From assembly GCA_963761665.1 (NCBI GenBank), contig CAVXHM010000005.1, positions 135,773-199,772 on the forward strand: a stretch of 64,000 bases of DNA, written 5' to 3'. This DNA is from an uncultured Actinomycetes bacterium. GTDB lineage: Bacteria > Actinomycetota > Thermoleophilia > Gaiellales > Gaiellaceae. The first letter of the stretch is position 1. Each line of letters starts with the position of its first letter. Below are positions 1 to 8,853 of this stretch, in pieces. A program made the position numbers and the translations under genes. The notes beneath the pieces are model-generated. The model saw only the letters and a list, made by a program, of their open reading frames with translations. It made no database searches and was not told where the DNA came from.

Positions 1-467
1 CGATCAGTCCGATACGCGGGGACGGCGAACGTGTGCGACGCGTCGTCCGGCGGGATGATCGTTCGGCGTCTTGCCGTCGACGGTGATCGCGTTGCCGTCG
101 ATGCCCTGCGGCCGCGCCAGATAGCTGTTGCGCAGGCCGCTGGCGCCGTCGAAGTTGTAGATCGGTCACGTGCACGGTCGCGTTCGCGGGCAGCTGCCAG
201 ACGGTGTCGCGCACCCACTTGCCCTTCGTGTTCCGGATCAGGTACGAGACGCAGTCCGGGTGCGCGGGGCTGAGCTGCGGGCCGACGGCGGCGACGGTCT
301 CGATCGTCAGGTTGACCACCGGGTGGCCGTTCGCCGTCTGCACCGGGAACGTGTACGACGGAGAACCCGCCTCCGTTCGTCAATTTGGAGACGTAGAGGC
401 CGACGAGAACGCCCACCGCCACCACGACGACGGCAACGCCGATCAGCTTCCACGTGAGCGGGCGCAT
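1..467 (-). CDS. membrane-anchored hypothetical protein; N-terminal part only, runs off the window; frame broken three times
   Basis: ATG at 467-465 gives MRPLTWKLIGVAVVVVAVGVLVGLYVSKLTNGGGFS (TM helix). The sensible continuation (SYTFPVQTANGHPVVNLTIETVAAVGPQLSPAHPDCVSYLIRNTKGKWVRDTVWQLPANATVHVT / IYNFDGASGLRNSYLARPQGIDGNAITVDGKTPN / IIPPDDASHTFAVPAY) needs one-base frame hops near 360, 163 and 60. Confidence 0.4.
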   Translation of the reverse strand, partial: MRPLTWKLIGVAVVVVAVGVLVGLYVSKLTNGGGFSVVHVPGADGERPPGGQPDDRDRRRRRPAAQPRAPGLRLVPDPEHEGQVGARHRLAAARERDRARDRSTTSTAPAACATAIWRGRRASTATRSPSTARRRTIIPPDDASHTFAVPAYRTD

Positions 468-601
468 CCGCGGGGATCTCTATCGCAGCCCGATCCGGCC
501 GACGCGGAAATGACAAAAGTGTCATGCCGGTGTCATGTCCTTGTCATGTCGCGTGGAGGGGGTTACAGTCGCGTGCGGCGGGCCGGTCGAATCGGGACAC
601 G

Positions 602-1268
602 ATGCGAATCCTGGTAGTTGAGGACGAAGCTCGCATCCAGGCCTTTCTCACGAGAGGGCTGGAGGCGGAGGGCTACACAGTCGTCGCAGCGGACAACGGT
701 CGCGATGGGCTCGCGCTCGCCTCCGCGGAGCAGTGGGACCTCGTCGTGCTCGACCTGCTCCTGCCCGGGCTGAGCGGTCTGCAGGTGCTGCGCGAGCTCC
801 ATCGGGCGCGGCCGCAGGCTGCCGGTGCTGATCCTCTCGGCCCGCTCGGACCTGCAGACGAAGCTGCGCGGGTTCGAGCTGGGCGCCACCGACTACGTGG
901 CGAAGCCGTTCTCGCTCGACGAGCTGCTTGCGCGCGTGCGCGTGCAGCTGCGCGTGGCGCGGCCGATCGAGGACGAGCACCTGCTGCGGGCCGGGCGCGT
1001 CGCGCTCGACCTGGCGCGCCGGCAGGCGCGGATCGGCGAGCTCGTCACGGATCTCTCCGACCGTGAGTTCCGGCTGCTCCACCACCTGCTGCTGCACGTC
1101 GGCGAGGTGGTCAGCCGCGAGCGGCTGCTCTCCGAGGTCTGGGGCTACGGCTTCGACCCCGGCTCGAACGTCGTCGACGTCTGCGTCCGCCGGCTGCGGC
1201 AGAAGCTCGGGCCCGAGGCCCCGATCGAGACGGTGCGGAATGCGGGATACCGGCTGGCTGCGGCGTAA
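602..1268 (+). CDS. OmpR/PhoB-family response regulator (receiver plus winged-helix); frame disrupted near 818
   Basis: MRILVVEDEARIQAFLTRGLEAEGYTVVAADNGRDGL...VVLDLLLPGLSGLQVLRELHRARPQ, then after one extra g (818) LPVLILSARSDLQTKLRGFELGATDYVAKPFSLDELLARV...REFRLLHHLL...VDVCVRRLRQKL...VRNAGYRL. These are the ORF-track pieces 524..1066 and 825..1268. Confidence 0.85.
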
Positions 1269-2335
1269 CTGGGTCGAGAGCTGGTGGGGCGCGTTCGCGC
1301 TCGCCAACCTCGCCGCGATGATCGCCTGGCCGAGCTGGGAGACGATCCCGTTCCACTTCGTCTGGATCAGCCTCACGCTCGTCTACGGCTTCCGGGTCTG
1401 GTCGCCGCCGGTCACGCTCGCGGTGCTCGCCGTCGTCATCTTCGGAACCGGCGCGAGCATCCTCAGCGACGCGTTCGCCGGCATCCAGCTCTGGGGCGAG
1501 CTGTTCGAGGTGCCGCTGATGAGCGCGATGTTCGTCGCGATGGTGTGGCATGCGCGGCGCCGTCAGGCGGCGATGAACCAGGTCGAGGCGCTGGCGGAGA
1601 CCCGCGCGTCGCTGCTCGAGCGCCAGGAGCGGTTCCTCCACGATGCGTCGCACGAGCTGCGCACGCCGGTGACGATCGCGCGCGGACATCTCGAGCTGCT
1701 GCAGCGCGAGGTGCCGCACGCTCCCGAGGTGCTGGTCGCGCTCGACGAGCTGGAGCGGATCGAGCACATCGTCGAGCGGCTGCTGCTGCTGGCGAAGGCC
1801 GACCAGCCCGACTTCGTCGCTCATGCGCGACGTCGAGCTGGAGAGCTTCCTCGACGACGTCTTCATGCGCTGGTCGGAGGTGGCGCCGCGCACATGGCGG
1901 CTGGAGATCGACGTGGCGGGTGTCGTGCACGCGGACGCCGAGGCGCTGCGGAGCGCGCTCGACGCGCTGCTCGAGAACGCCGTGAAGTACACGGAGCCGC
2001 ACGACGCGATCGCGCTGCGCGCGTACGCCGCCGGCGGCGAGATCGTGATCGAGGTGGCGGATGAGGGCTGCGGCGTTCCGCCGGAGGCGCTCGATCGGAT
2101 CTTCGACCGCTTCGCGCGGGCGGACGGGGCACGCACGCGCGCGCAGGGCGGCGCAGGGCTCGGGCTCTCGATCGTCGACGCGATCGCCAAGGCGCACGGC
2201 GGTCGCTGCACCGTCACGACGGCGACGCGGGGCGTGACCTTTGCCTTGCGGCTGCCGGTGCGGCTGGTCCCGGACCCGGAGCCGGCGGGCCTGCGCATCG
2301 ACGCCGCGCCGGAGCTGGCGCCGACGGCGACCTAG
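1240..2335 (+). CDS. sensor histidine kinase (HisKA plus HATPase_c); frame disrupted near 1822
   Basis: The ATG at 1240 overlaps the regulator's 3' end. Two TM segments are followed by an H-box ([23 protein letters not shown]). After a one-base hop comes [13 protein letters not shown]...LENAVKYT...[11 protein letters not shown]...[19 protein letters not shown] (N, G1 and G2 boxes). Confidence 0.8.
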
Positions 2336-3039
2336 ACGGCGTCGAGCGCGGCGCGGAGCGAGGCGACGTACTCGCGCAGCGCGTCCGGTCCCTGCTCGGC
2401 GACCTGCACGGCGCGCGAGCCGACGACGACGCCGTCCGCGACCTCGGCGAATGCCCGCGCGTGCTCGGGCGTCGAGACGCCGAAGCCTGCGTAGAGCGGC
2501 AGCCCCGCGGGCGCGAGTGCGCGTGTGCGCTCGACGAGCGTGCCCAGCCGCTGCGACGCCTCCTCCCGCGCGCCGGTCGTGCCCGTGAGCGAGACCACGT
2601 AGAGCCAGCCGTCCGTGTTCGCGGTGGCGGCGCGGATGCGTTCGTCGGTCGAAGTCGGCGCGATCAGCTGGATCCGCCTCAGCTCCGGATGCATCTCGAC
2701 GGGCAGGTCGACGATGATCGCGCTCGATGCGCCCGCGGCCGCGGCGTCGTCGGCGAAGCGCTCGTAGCCGTAGGCCTCGAGGATCGCCGCGTAGGTCATC
2801 GGCACGATCGGGACGTCGACGAGCTCGCGCGTGCGGGCCAGCACGTCGAGGCACGGGCGCGTGCGCATCCCGCGCGCGAGGGCGCGCTCGGACGCCTGCC
2901 GGATCATCGGCCCCTCCGCGAGCGGGTCGGAGAAGGGGATGCCGAGCTCGATCATGTCCGCGCCGCCGTCGACCGCCGCACGCGCGAGCTCCGGCGTCTC
3001 CGGCTCGGCCATCAGGTAGATGACGAGCGTCTTGCTCAT
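2332..3039 (-). CDS. trpA: tryptophan synthase alpha chain
   Basis: 235-aa ORF: [54 protein letters not shown]... It is the last gene of the trp operon. Confidence 0.9.
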   Translation of the reverse strand: MSKTLVIYLMAEPETPELARAAVDGGADMIELGIPFSDPLAEGPMIRQASERALARGMRTRPCLDVLARTRELVDVPIVPMTYAAILEAYGYERFADDAAAAGASSAIIVDLPVEMHPELRRIQLIAPTSTDERIRAATANTDGWLYVVSLTGTTGAREEASQRLGTLVERTRALAPAGLPLYAGFGVSTPEHARAFAEVADGVVVGSRAVQVAEQGPDALREYVASLRAALDAV

Positions 3040-3162
3040 GACGAAGCCGCGAACCTTCCGTCACGGGGCCTGGCCCCGGACTTCGAGCAGCCGCAACGGT
3101 TCCGGAAGGCGGGGGCCAGGCCCGAATACGGAAGTGTTGCGACTTCGTCGCGGGAGATCGGG
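3040..3162. repeat. structured palindrome-rich intergenic element between trpB and trpA
   Basis: An imperfect 21-nt inverted repeat (3040-3060 vs 3129-3149, 17/21 matches) encloses an inner stem (3054-3060 with 3103-3109). It also encloses the palindromes GGGGCCTGGCCCC (3065-3077) and GGGCCAGGCCC (3113-3123). Confidence 0.6.
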
Positions 3163-4291
3163 TCAGCCATCCAGCCGCTCCAGCGCCTTCAGCGCCTCGT
3201 CGAGATCCTTGTCGCCGCGGCCGGAGAGGCAGACGAGGATCAGCTCGGCGTCGAGGTCGCGCGCCCGCGCGAGGGCGTGCGCGGGCTCGAGGGCCGGGAT
3301 GATGCCCTCGCTGCGGGCGAGGTCGCGGAAGGCGTTCAGCGCCTCCTCGTCGGTGGCCGCGCGGTACTCGGCACGACCGGTGTCGCGGAGGTACGCGTGC
3401 TCGGGGCCGACGCCGGGATAGTCGAGCCCGGCCGAGATCGAGTGCGCGTCGGCGATCTGTCCGTCCTCGTCGGCGAGCACGGAGGAGCGCGCGCCGTGGA
3501 GCACCGCCGCCCGCCCGCTGCCGAGCGACGCCGCGCCGGCGGCCTCGACGCCGATCAGCCGCACGTCCGCGTCCTCGAGGAAGCCGTGGAAGATGCCGAT
3601 CGCGTTGGAGCCGCCGCCGACCGCCGCAATCGACCGCTTCCGGCAGGCGGCCTTCCGCGCCGAGATGCTGCTCGCGCGCCTCGCGGCCGATCACGGACTG
3701 CAATTCTGCGACGAGCTCCGGATACGGCGCGGGACCGACGCAGGAACCGATCAGATAGTGCGTCGACTCGACGTTCGTGATCCAGTCGCGGATCGCTTCG
3801 CTCGTCGCCTCCTTCAGCGTCTTCGTGCCGAAGTCGACTCCCACGACCTCGGCGCCGAGCAGGTACATCCGCTCGACGTTGGGGCGCTGGCGGCGCATGT
3901 CCTCCTCACCCATGTACACGACGCACTCGAGCCCGAAGCGCGCGCAGACGGTCGCGGTGGCGACGCCGTGCTGGCCGGCGCCCGTCTCGGCGACGATCCG
4001 GTGCTTGCCCAGCCGTCGCGCGAGCACCGCCTGGCCGAGCGCGTTGTTCAGCTTGTGCGCGCCGGTGTGGAGGAGATCCTCGCGCTTCAGGTAGATCCGC
4101 TTGCCGGGCGCGAACCGCTCGGCGAGCGTGAGCGGCGTCGGCCGGCCGGCGTACGTCGTCGCCAGGTGCTGCAGCTCCGCGTGGAAGGCGTCGTCGGCGA
4201 GCGCGTCGCGCCAGCCCTGCCCCAGCTCGTCGAGCGCCGGGATGAGCGTCTCGGGGACGTAGCGTCCACCGTACTCGCCGAAGTCCGTCAT
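3163..4291 (-). CDS. trpB: tryptophan synthase beta chain; frame disrupted near 3631
   Basis: [23 protein letters not shown]...[22 protein letters not shown]...[12 protein letters not shown]...GRLPEAV, then after one extra base [32 protein letters not shown]... (ORF 3163..3564). The ATG at 4291 overlaps the trpC/F stop (ATGA). Confidence 0.9.
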
Positions 4292-5445
4292 GCGCGCGCC
4301 GCCTCCACGTAGGCGCGCACGCGCGCGTGATCCTTGATCCCCGGCTCGGTCTCGAGCGACGACGACGCGTCCACGCCCCACGGATGAACCGTCTCGATCG
4401 CGGCGTGGACGTTCTCCGGGCCGAGCCCGCCGGCGAGCACGATCCGGCCGTCGGCACGCGCAGCCGCGTCCCAGTGCTGGGGGTCGGTGCCCTGCCACGG
4501 CTGGTCGAGCAGCCGCGCGACGGGCTCACCCTCGCGAAGGAGCACGGCGTCGCGGCCGCGGACGGTGCCGGCGTCGTCGGGGTACAGCTGGACGAGATCC
4601 GCGCCGGTGTCCTCCGGCTCGCCCACGAACACAGCGACCGAGAGCCGCGTCTCCGGCACGTCGAGCACCGACGTCGCGCGGCGCGGGCTCTTGTCCACGA
4701 GGATGAAGCCGAGGAGATCGGCGCCCGCCTCGACGGCGGCGTCGACGTCCTCCTGGCGTGTCAGCCCGCACACCTTCACCAGCGGACGCGAGAGCAGCTC
4801 GACGAGCTTCGCTCCGGGATCGTCCGCGCGCATCAGCGTCGTGCCGACGAGGATCGCGTCCGCGCCTGCGAGCTCGGCGGCGGCGCCCTGCGCGCGCGTG
4901 TGGATCGCGCTCTCGGCCACGACGATCTTGTCTCGCGCTGCGCGCGCGACTAGGGCCAGCTGAGAGCGACGATCGATCGAGAAAGACGAGAGGTCGCGCG
5001 CGTTGACGCCAATCACCGGCGCGTCCAGCGCCTCCGCGCGACGGAGCTCGTCCAGGTCGTGCGCCTCGACGAGCGTGTCCATGCCGAGCTCCGTCGCCCG
5101 CTGCATCAGCCGCCGGACATGATCGTCGTCGAGATCGTGGAGGATCAGCAGCGCCGCGTCGGCTCCGGCCTCGCGCAGCTCTCGGAGCTGCGCCTCTGTC
5201 GAAAAGAACCCTTTCGCAAGCAGCGGGATCCCAGTCGCCGCGCGAGCGGCGACCAGATCGTCGAGCGAGCCGGCGAAGCGCTCGTCCACGAGCACGGAGA
5301 TCGCGGCTGCGCCGCCTGCCGAGTACGCCGGGACGAGCTCCTCGACGCGCGCGTCGGGCCGGATGTCACCGGCGGACGGCGAGCGCCGCTTGAACTCGGC
5401 GATCGCACCGAGCCCCGGTGCGCGGAGAGCATCGGCGAACCTCAC
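4288..5445 (-). CDS. trpC: fused indole-3-glycerol-phosphate synthase / phosphoribosylanthranilate isomerase
   Basis: The GTG at 5445 overlaps the trpD stop (GTGA). The TrpC-like part reads [14 protein letters not shown]...[14 protein letters not shown]...LLAKGFF...VGVNARDL. The TrpF-like part reads [27 protein letters not shown]...[10 protein letters not shown]. Total 385 aa. Confidence 0.85.
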   Translation of the reverse strand: MRFADALRAPGLGAIAEFKRRSPSAGDIRPDARVEELVPAYSAGGAAAISVLVDERFAGSLDDLVAARAATGIPLLAKGFFSTEAQLRELREAGADAALLILHDLDDDHVRRLMQRATELGMDTLVEAHDLDELRRAEALDAPVIGVNARDLSSFSIDRRSQLALVARAARDKIVVAESAIHTRAQGAAAELAGADAILVGTTLMRADDPGAKLVELLSRPLVKVCGLTRQEDVDAAVEAGADLLGFILVDKSPRRATSVLDVPETRLSVAVFVGEPEDTGADLVQLYPDDAGTVRGRDAVLLREGEPVARLLDQPWQGTDPQHWDAAARADGRIVLAGGLGPENVHAAIETVHPWGVDASSSLETEPGIKDHARVRAYVEAARA

Positions 5446-6461
5446 GCCGCCTGCTCCTGTGTGAGCGCGACGAGCTGCTCGAGCCGTTCGGCCGCGGCGC
5501 CGGAGTCGACCGCCTCGCGCGCGAGCTCGAGTCCTTCGTGGAGATTCTTCGCATGTCCCGCCGCGGCGATCCCGCCCGCCGCGTTGAGCAGCACCGCGGA
5601 CCGGTGGCCGCCGGCCGCGCCGCCGAGGACGCCGCGGAGCGCCCGCGCGTTCGTCGCCGGGTCGCCGCCGCGCAGCTCCGCGGGGTCGCAGCGCTCGACG
5701 CCGAGCTCGAGCGGATCGAGCTCGTACTCGCGCACGGTGCCGTTGTCCACCTCGCAGACGAGATTCGGTCCGCACGGCGAGAGCTCGTCGATGCCGCCGG
5801 CGCCGTGGACGACGTACGCGCGACTCGCGCCGAGCTGCACGAGCGCAGCCGCGAGCGTGCGCGTCAGCTGCGGCGAGTACACGCCGAGCATGAGCGCACG
5901 GGCGCCGGCGGGGTTGGTCAGCGGGCCGAGCACGTTGAAGACGGTACGTGTCGCGAGCTCGCGGCGCACGGGGCCGGCGTGCTTCATCGCCGGGTGATGG
6001 GCCTGGGCGAAGAGGAAGCCGAAGCCGAGCTCGTCGATCGACCGCTCGATCCGCTCCGGCGGAAGATCGAGCCGGAAGCCGAGGGCCTCGAGCACGTCGG
6101 CGGAGCCGCTGGCGGACGACGCGGCGCGGTTGCCGTGCTTCGCGATCGCAGCGCCGGCGCCGGCGGCGACGAGCGCGGCGGCGGTGGAGATGTTGAAGGT
6201 GTTGGCGCCGTCGCCGCCGGTGCCGACGATGTCGACGAGGTCGGTGCGCTGCGGCCGCACGTGCAGCACGAGCTCGCGCATCGCCTCCGCGCAGCCGGCG
6301 ATCTCGTCTGCGGTCTCTCCCTTTGCGCGCAGCGCGACGAGGAAGCCGGCGATCTGCGCCTGCGTCGCCTCGCCGCGCATGATCTCGCCCATGGCGTCGT
6401 GCGCCTCGGCCTGCGTCAGGTCCTGACCGTCGCACAGCCGGGAAATCGTCTGCTGGATCAC
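5442..6461 (-). CDS. trpD: anthranilate phosphoribosyltransferase
   Basis: The GTG at 6461 overlaps the trpG stop. Sequence: VIQQTISRLCDGQDLTQAEAHDAMGEIMRGEATQAQIAGFLVALRAKGETADEI...VGTGGDGANTFNISTAAA...KHGNRAASSASGSADVLEALG. Confidence 0.9.
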   Translation of the reverse strand: MIQQTISRLCDGQDLTQAEAHDAMGEIMRGEATQAQIAGFLVALRAKGETADEIAGCAEAMRELVLHVRPQRTDLVDIVGTGGDGANTFNISTAAALVAAGAGAAIAKHGNRAASSASGSADVLEALGFRLDLPPERIERSIDELGFGFLFAQAHHPAMKHAGPVRRELATRTVFNVLGPLTNPAGARALMLGVYSPQLTRTLAAALVQLGASRAYVVHGAGGIDELSPCGPNLVCEVDNGTVREYELDPLELGVERCDPAELRGGDPATNARALRGVLGGAAGGHRSAVLLNAAGGIAAAGHAKNLHEGLELAREAVDSGAAAERLEQLVALTQEQAA

Positions 6462-7024
6462 AGCCTTCCCTCCAGGAAGTTCCGCGCGAGCGTCGGCCCG
6501 TCCGGGGTGAGCACCGACTCGGGGTGGAACTGGACTCCGGCAACCCGGAGCGAGCGGTGGCGCACGGCCATCACCTCGCCGTCGTCTGCGAACGCCGTCG
6601 GCTCCAGCTCGTCCGGCAGCCGCGTGGCGGCGAGCGAGTGGTAGCGGCCGGCGTCGAACGGATCGGGGAGCCCGGTGAACAGGCCGGCGCCGTCGTGGCG
6701 CACCGGGCTCGCCTTCCCGTGCAGCAGCTCCCGCGCGTAGCCGACCTCGCCGCCGAACGCCTCGACGATCGCCTGGTGGCCGAGGCACACGCCGAGCGTC
6801 GGCGTCGTCGGCGCGAGCCGCCGGATGATCTCGAGCGTCGCGCCCGCCGCGGCCGGCCGTCCCGGACCGGGGGAGACGACGAGGTACGACGGCGCCAGGC
6901 GCTCCGCCTCGTCCGCGTCGAGCTCGTCGTTGCGCAGCACCGTCACGTCGACTCCCAGCGCCCCGAACAGGTGCGCGAGGTTGTACGTGAACGAGTCGTA
7001 GTTGTCGACGAGGAGCATGGTCAT
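6458..7024 (-). CDS. trpG: anthranilate synthase component II (glutamine amidotransferase)
   Basis: MTMLLVDNYDSFTYNLAHLFGALG...LGVCLGHQAIVEAFGG...VQFHPESVLT (Cys-His-Glu triad motifs). The ATG at 7024 overlaps the trpE stop (ATGA). Confidence 0.9.
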   Translation of the reverse strand: MTMLLVDNYDSFTYNLAHLFGALGVDVTVLRNDELDADEAERLAPSYLVVSPGPGRPAAAGATLEIIRRLAPTTPTLGVCLGHQAIVEAFGGEVGYARELLHGKASPVRHDGAGLFTGLPDPFDAGRYHSLAATRLPDELEPTAFADDGEVMAVRHRSLRVAGVQFHPESVLTPDGPTLARNFLEGRL

Positions 7025-8265
7025 GCCGACTCCACCTCCGCCAGGTCGATCGCGGCTTCCAGCGCGGCGAGCTTGTTCAGACACTCCTCGTGCTCGTCCC
7101 TCGGATCGGAGTCGGCGACGATGCCGCCGCCCGCCTGGAGATACGCGACGCCGTCGCGCAGCACGAGCGTGCGGATGGCGATGCACGTGTCCATCTCCCG
7201 CTGCGCCGGGAAGACGTAGCCGACAGCGCCCGCGTAGATCCCGCGCCGGTGGCCCTCGAGCTCCGAGATGATCTGCATCGCGCGCACCTTCGGCGCACCC
7301 GAGACGGTGCCGGCGGGAAAGCACGCGCGCAGCAGCTCGAACGGCGTGCGGTCGCCCTGCAGCTCGCCGACGACCTCCGACACGAGATGCGTCACGTGCG
7401 AGTACCGCTCCGGCTGCATGAACTGCTCGACGTGGACCGTGCCGGGGACGCAGACGCGCGAGAGGTCGTTGCGGCCGAGATCGACGAGCATCACGTGCTC
7501 GGCGCGGTCCTTCTCCGACGAGAGCAGGGCTTCGGCGTCGCCCTCGCCCGGCGCGATCGTGCCGGCGATCGGATTGAGCGCGGCACGCGGGCCTTCGCAC
7601 TTGACCACCGTCTCGGGCGAGCTGCCGACCAGCGCCAGTTCGTCCAGCTCCAGCAGGAAGAGATACGGCGACGGGTTGACGCGGCGAAGCGCGCGGTAGA
7701 GCTCGAAGGCCGATGCGGAGGTCGGCCGCTCGGCGCGCTGCGCGATCACGACCTGGAAGACGTCGCCCTCGCGGATGTGCTCCTTCGCACGCTCGATGCG
7801 GCGCAGGTGCTCGTCGCGGTCGGGGAAGCGGCGCAGCGGGCCGGAGACGCCGCCGCCCGGCTCGGGCTCGGGCTGCGGGCCGGCGAGGACGGCGGCCGCT
7901 TCGGCCGGGTCGCCGACGAGCGTCTCCGCGACGCCGCGCGCATGGTCGAAGCGGACGAGCAGCTCCGGCACGACGAACATGCTCTCCGGGAAGCCGTGCC
8001 CGTGCTCCGGCAGCGGAACCGTCGGCTCGAACCGCGCCACCGCGTCGTAGCCGAGGTAGCCGACCACCGGCTCGCCGAGCGCCTCCGCCTCGTCGAAGTC
8101 GACGAGCCGCGAGCCGCAGCCGACGAAGGAGTGCCGCCCCAGCCGCCCGCGCTCCACCGACTCGAGCAGGAACGACCCGCGCGCGCCCGGCCGTCCGCGC
8201 AGGCGCAGGTAGGCCCCGAGCGGGGTGAGGAGGTCGGTGGCGATTTCTTGGGTCATCACGGTCAC
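7021..8265 (-). CDS. trpE: anthranilate synthase component I
   Basis: 414-aa ORF with ...SPYLFLLELDELALVGSSPE...LNPIAGT...MLVDLGRNDLSRV...HLVSEV...FPAGTVSGAPKVRAMQII...RGIYAGAVGY...IRTLVL...AGGGIVADSDP. The start is GTG 8265 or ATG 8256. Confidence 0.9.
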   Translation of the reverse strand: MTVMTQEIATDLLTPLGAYLRLRGRPGARGSFLLESVERGRLGRHSFVGCGSRLVDFDEAEALGEPVVGYLGYDAVARFEPTVPLPEHGHGFPESMFVVPELLVRFDHARGVAETLVGDPAEAAAVLAGPQPEPEPGGGVSGPLRRFPDRDEHLRRIERAKEHIREGDVFQVVIAQRAERPTSASAFELYRALRRVNPSPYLFLLELDELALVGSSPETVVKCEGPRAALNPIAGTIAPGEGDAEALLSSEKDRAEHVMLVDLGRNDLSRVCVPGTVHVEQFMQPERYSHVTHLVSEVVGELQGDRTPFELLRACFPAGTVSGAPKVRAMQIISELEGHRRGIYAGAVGYVFPAQREMDTCIAIRTLVLRDGVAYLQAGGGIVADSDPRDEHEECLNKLAALEAAIDLAEVESA

Positions 8266-8268
8266 GGC

Positions 8269-8295
8269 AAACGAAAACGGCCCCTTGCGGAGCCG
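8269..8295 (-). terminator. intrinsic terminator (attenuator) directly upstream of trpE
   Basis: The minus-strand RNA reads CGGCUCC-GCAA-GGGGCCG followed by UUUUCGUUU. This is a 7-bp stem with one G-U pair, a GNRA-like loop and a U-rich tail ending 3 nt before the trpE GTG. Confidence 0.65.
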
Positions 8296-8328
8296 AGAGG
8301 AGCGGAGCGGGCTGTGCTGCGCGTCAGG

Positions 8329-8391
8329 TCAGCGCAGGCTCCCGCACCGCTCGGAGCGCCAGGCCCACCAGGTGCGAGAGACGAAGTTCAT
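8329..8391 (-). CDS. trpL: trp operon leader peptide, 20 aa: MNFVSRTWWAWRSERCGSLR
   Basis: My own minus-strand translation: ATG 8391-8389, three UGG codons within four codons (8370-8359) and UGA at 8331-8329. It sits between the ACT gene and the attenuator hairpin and is too short for the ORF track. Confidence 0.6.
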   Translation of the reverse strand: MNFVSRTWWAWRSERCGSLR

Positions 8392-8399
8392 CTGCACGC

Positions 8400-8405
8400 A
8401 GACTA
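8400..8405 (-). promoter_or_regulatory. candidate -10 box TAGTCT for the trp leader transcript
   Basis: Minus strand reads TAGTCT, an 8-nt spacer, then the leader-peptide ATG. It fits the TANNNT pattern seen at other genes in this window. Confidence 0.35.
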
Positions 8406-8424
8406 GGCACGGCGCTGCGGCCCG

Positions 8425-8799
8425 TCAAGGATCGATCGAGTGACCGGCGGCGCGGAGTGACTCGACCGCCCGCGGGAAGTCGGCCTCGCGCACGAGCAGA
8501 TAGTCCGTCTCGAAGGTGGAGAGGACGAAGATCGGCACCTCGTCGTCGGCGAGCGGCGAGACGAGCGAGGCGACAACGCCCGTGAGCGTGAAGTCGAGCG
8601 GGCCAATCAGCTCGAGCGCGCACCAGCCGCGTTCGGCCCGGGTCTCGTCCGGCAGGTCCTCCTCCGAGCAGACGATCGACAGCTCCGAGTCGCTGCGCGT
8701 CACCGACCAGAACGGGCTGTCGTAGACCCAGTCGGGAACGGCCTCGTCGGGGTCGAGGCGGAGGATGGCGAAGATGTCGCTGAGGGTGCGGAGCCTCAC
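8425..8799 (-). CDS. ACT-domain-containing protein (ACT_7-like)
   Basis: 124-aa ORF: ...FAILRLDPDEAVPDW...WSVTRSDSELSIVCSE...GWCALELIGPLDFTLTGVVASLVSPLADDEVPIFVLSTFETDYLLV. This matches my recollection of small ACT_7 proteins. Confidence 0.6.
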   Translation of the reverse strand: MRLRTLSDIFAILRLDPDEAVPDWVYDSPFWSVTRSDSELSIVCSEEDLPDETRAERGWCALELIGPLDFTLTGVVASLVSPLADDEVPIFVLSTFETDYLLVREADFPRAVESLRAAGHSIDP

Positions 8800-8840
8800 G
8801 GTGGCGGGAACCTACAGCGGGGAGCGCACCGGAGCGTCGA

Positions 8841-8846
8841 TAGAGT
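8841..8846 (+). promoter_or_regulatory. candidate -10 box TAGAGT, 7 nt upstream of GTG 8854 (leaderless mRNA)
   Basis: Sequence reads TAGAGT caacgca GTG. There is no Shine-Dalgarno-like purine tract between them. Confidence 0.4.
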
Positions 8847-8853
8847 CAACGCA

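Noticed and set aside
1463-6543. ORFs of 1011 aa (1463..4498) and 751 aa (4288..6543) on the minus strand.
   Set aside because: Only the trpB N-terminal part (4291 down to about 3631) of the first and the trpC/F part (5445..4288) of the second are real. The remainder is out-of-frame read-through of trpA, the kinase and trpD.
8266-8424. A T-box (tRNA-Trp sensing) riboswitch in the trpE leader, because of GGUGGGCCUGGCGC resembling the T-box core.
   Set aside because: The match to the T-box consensus (AGGGUGGNACCGCG) is poor, and I could not build a Stem I or specifier loop. The UGG-UGG-GCC-UGG string lies in frame inside a 20-codon ORF with its own stop. Peptide-mediated attenuation explains it better.
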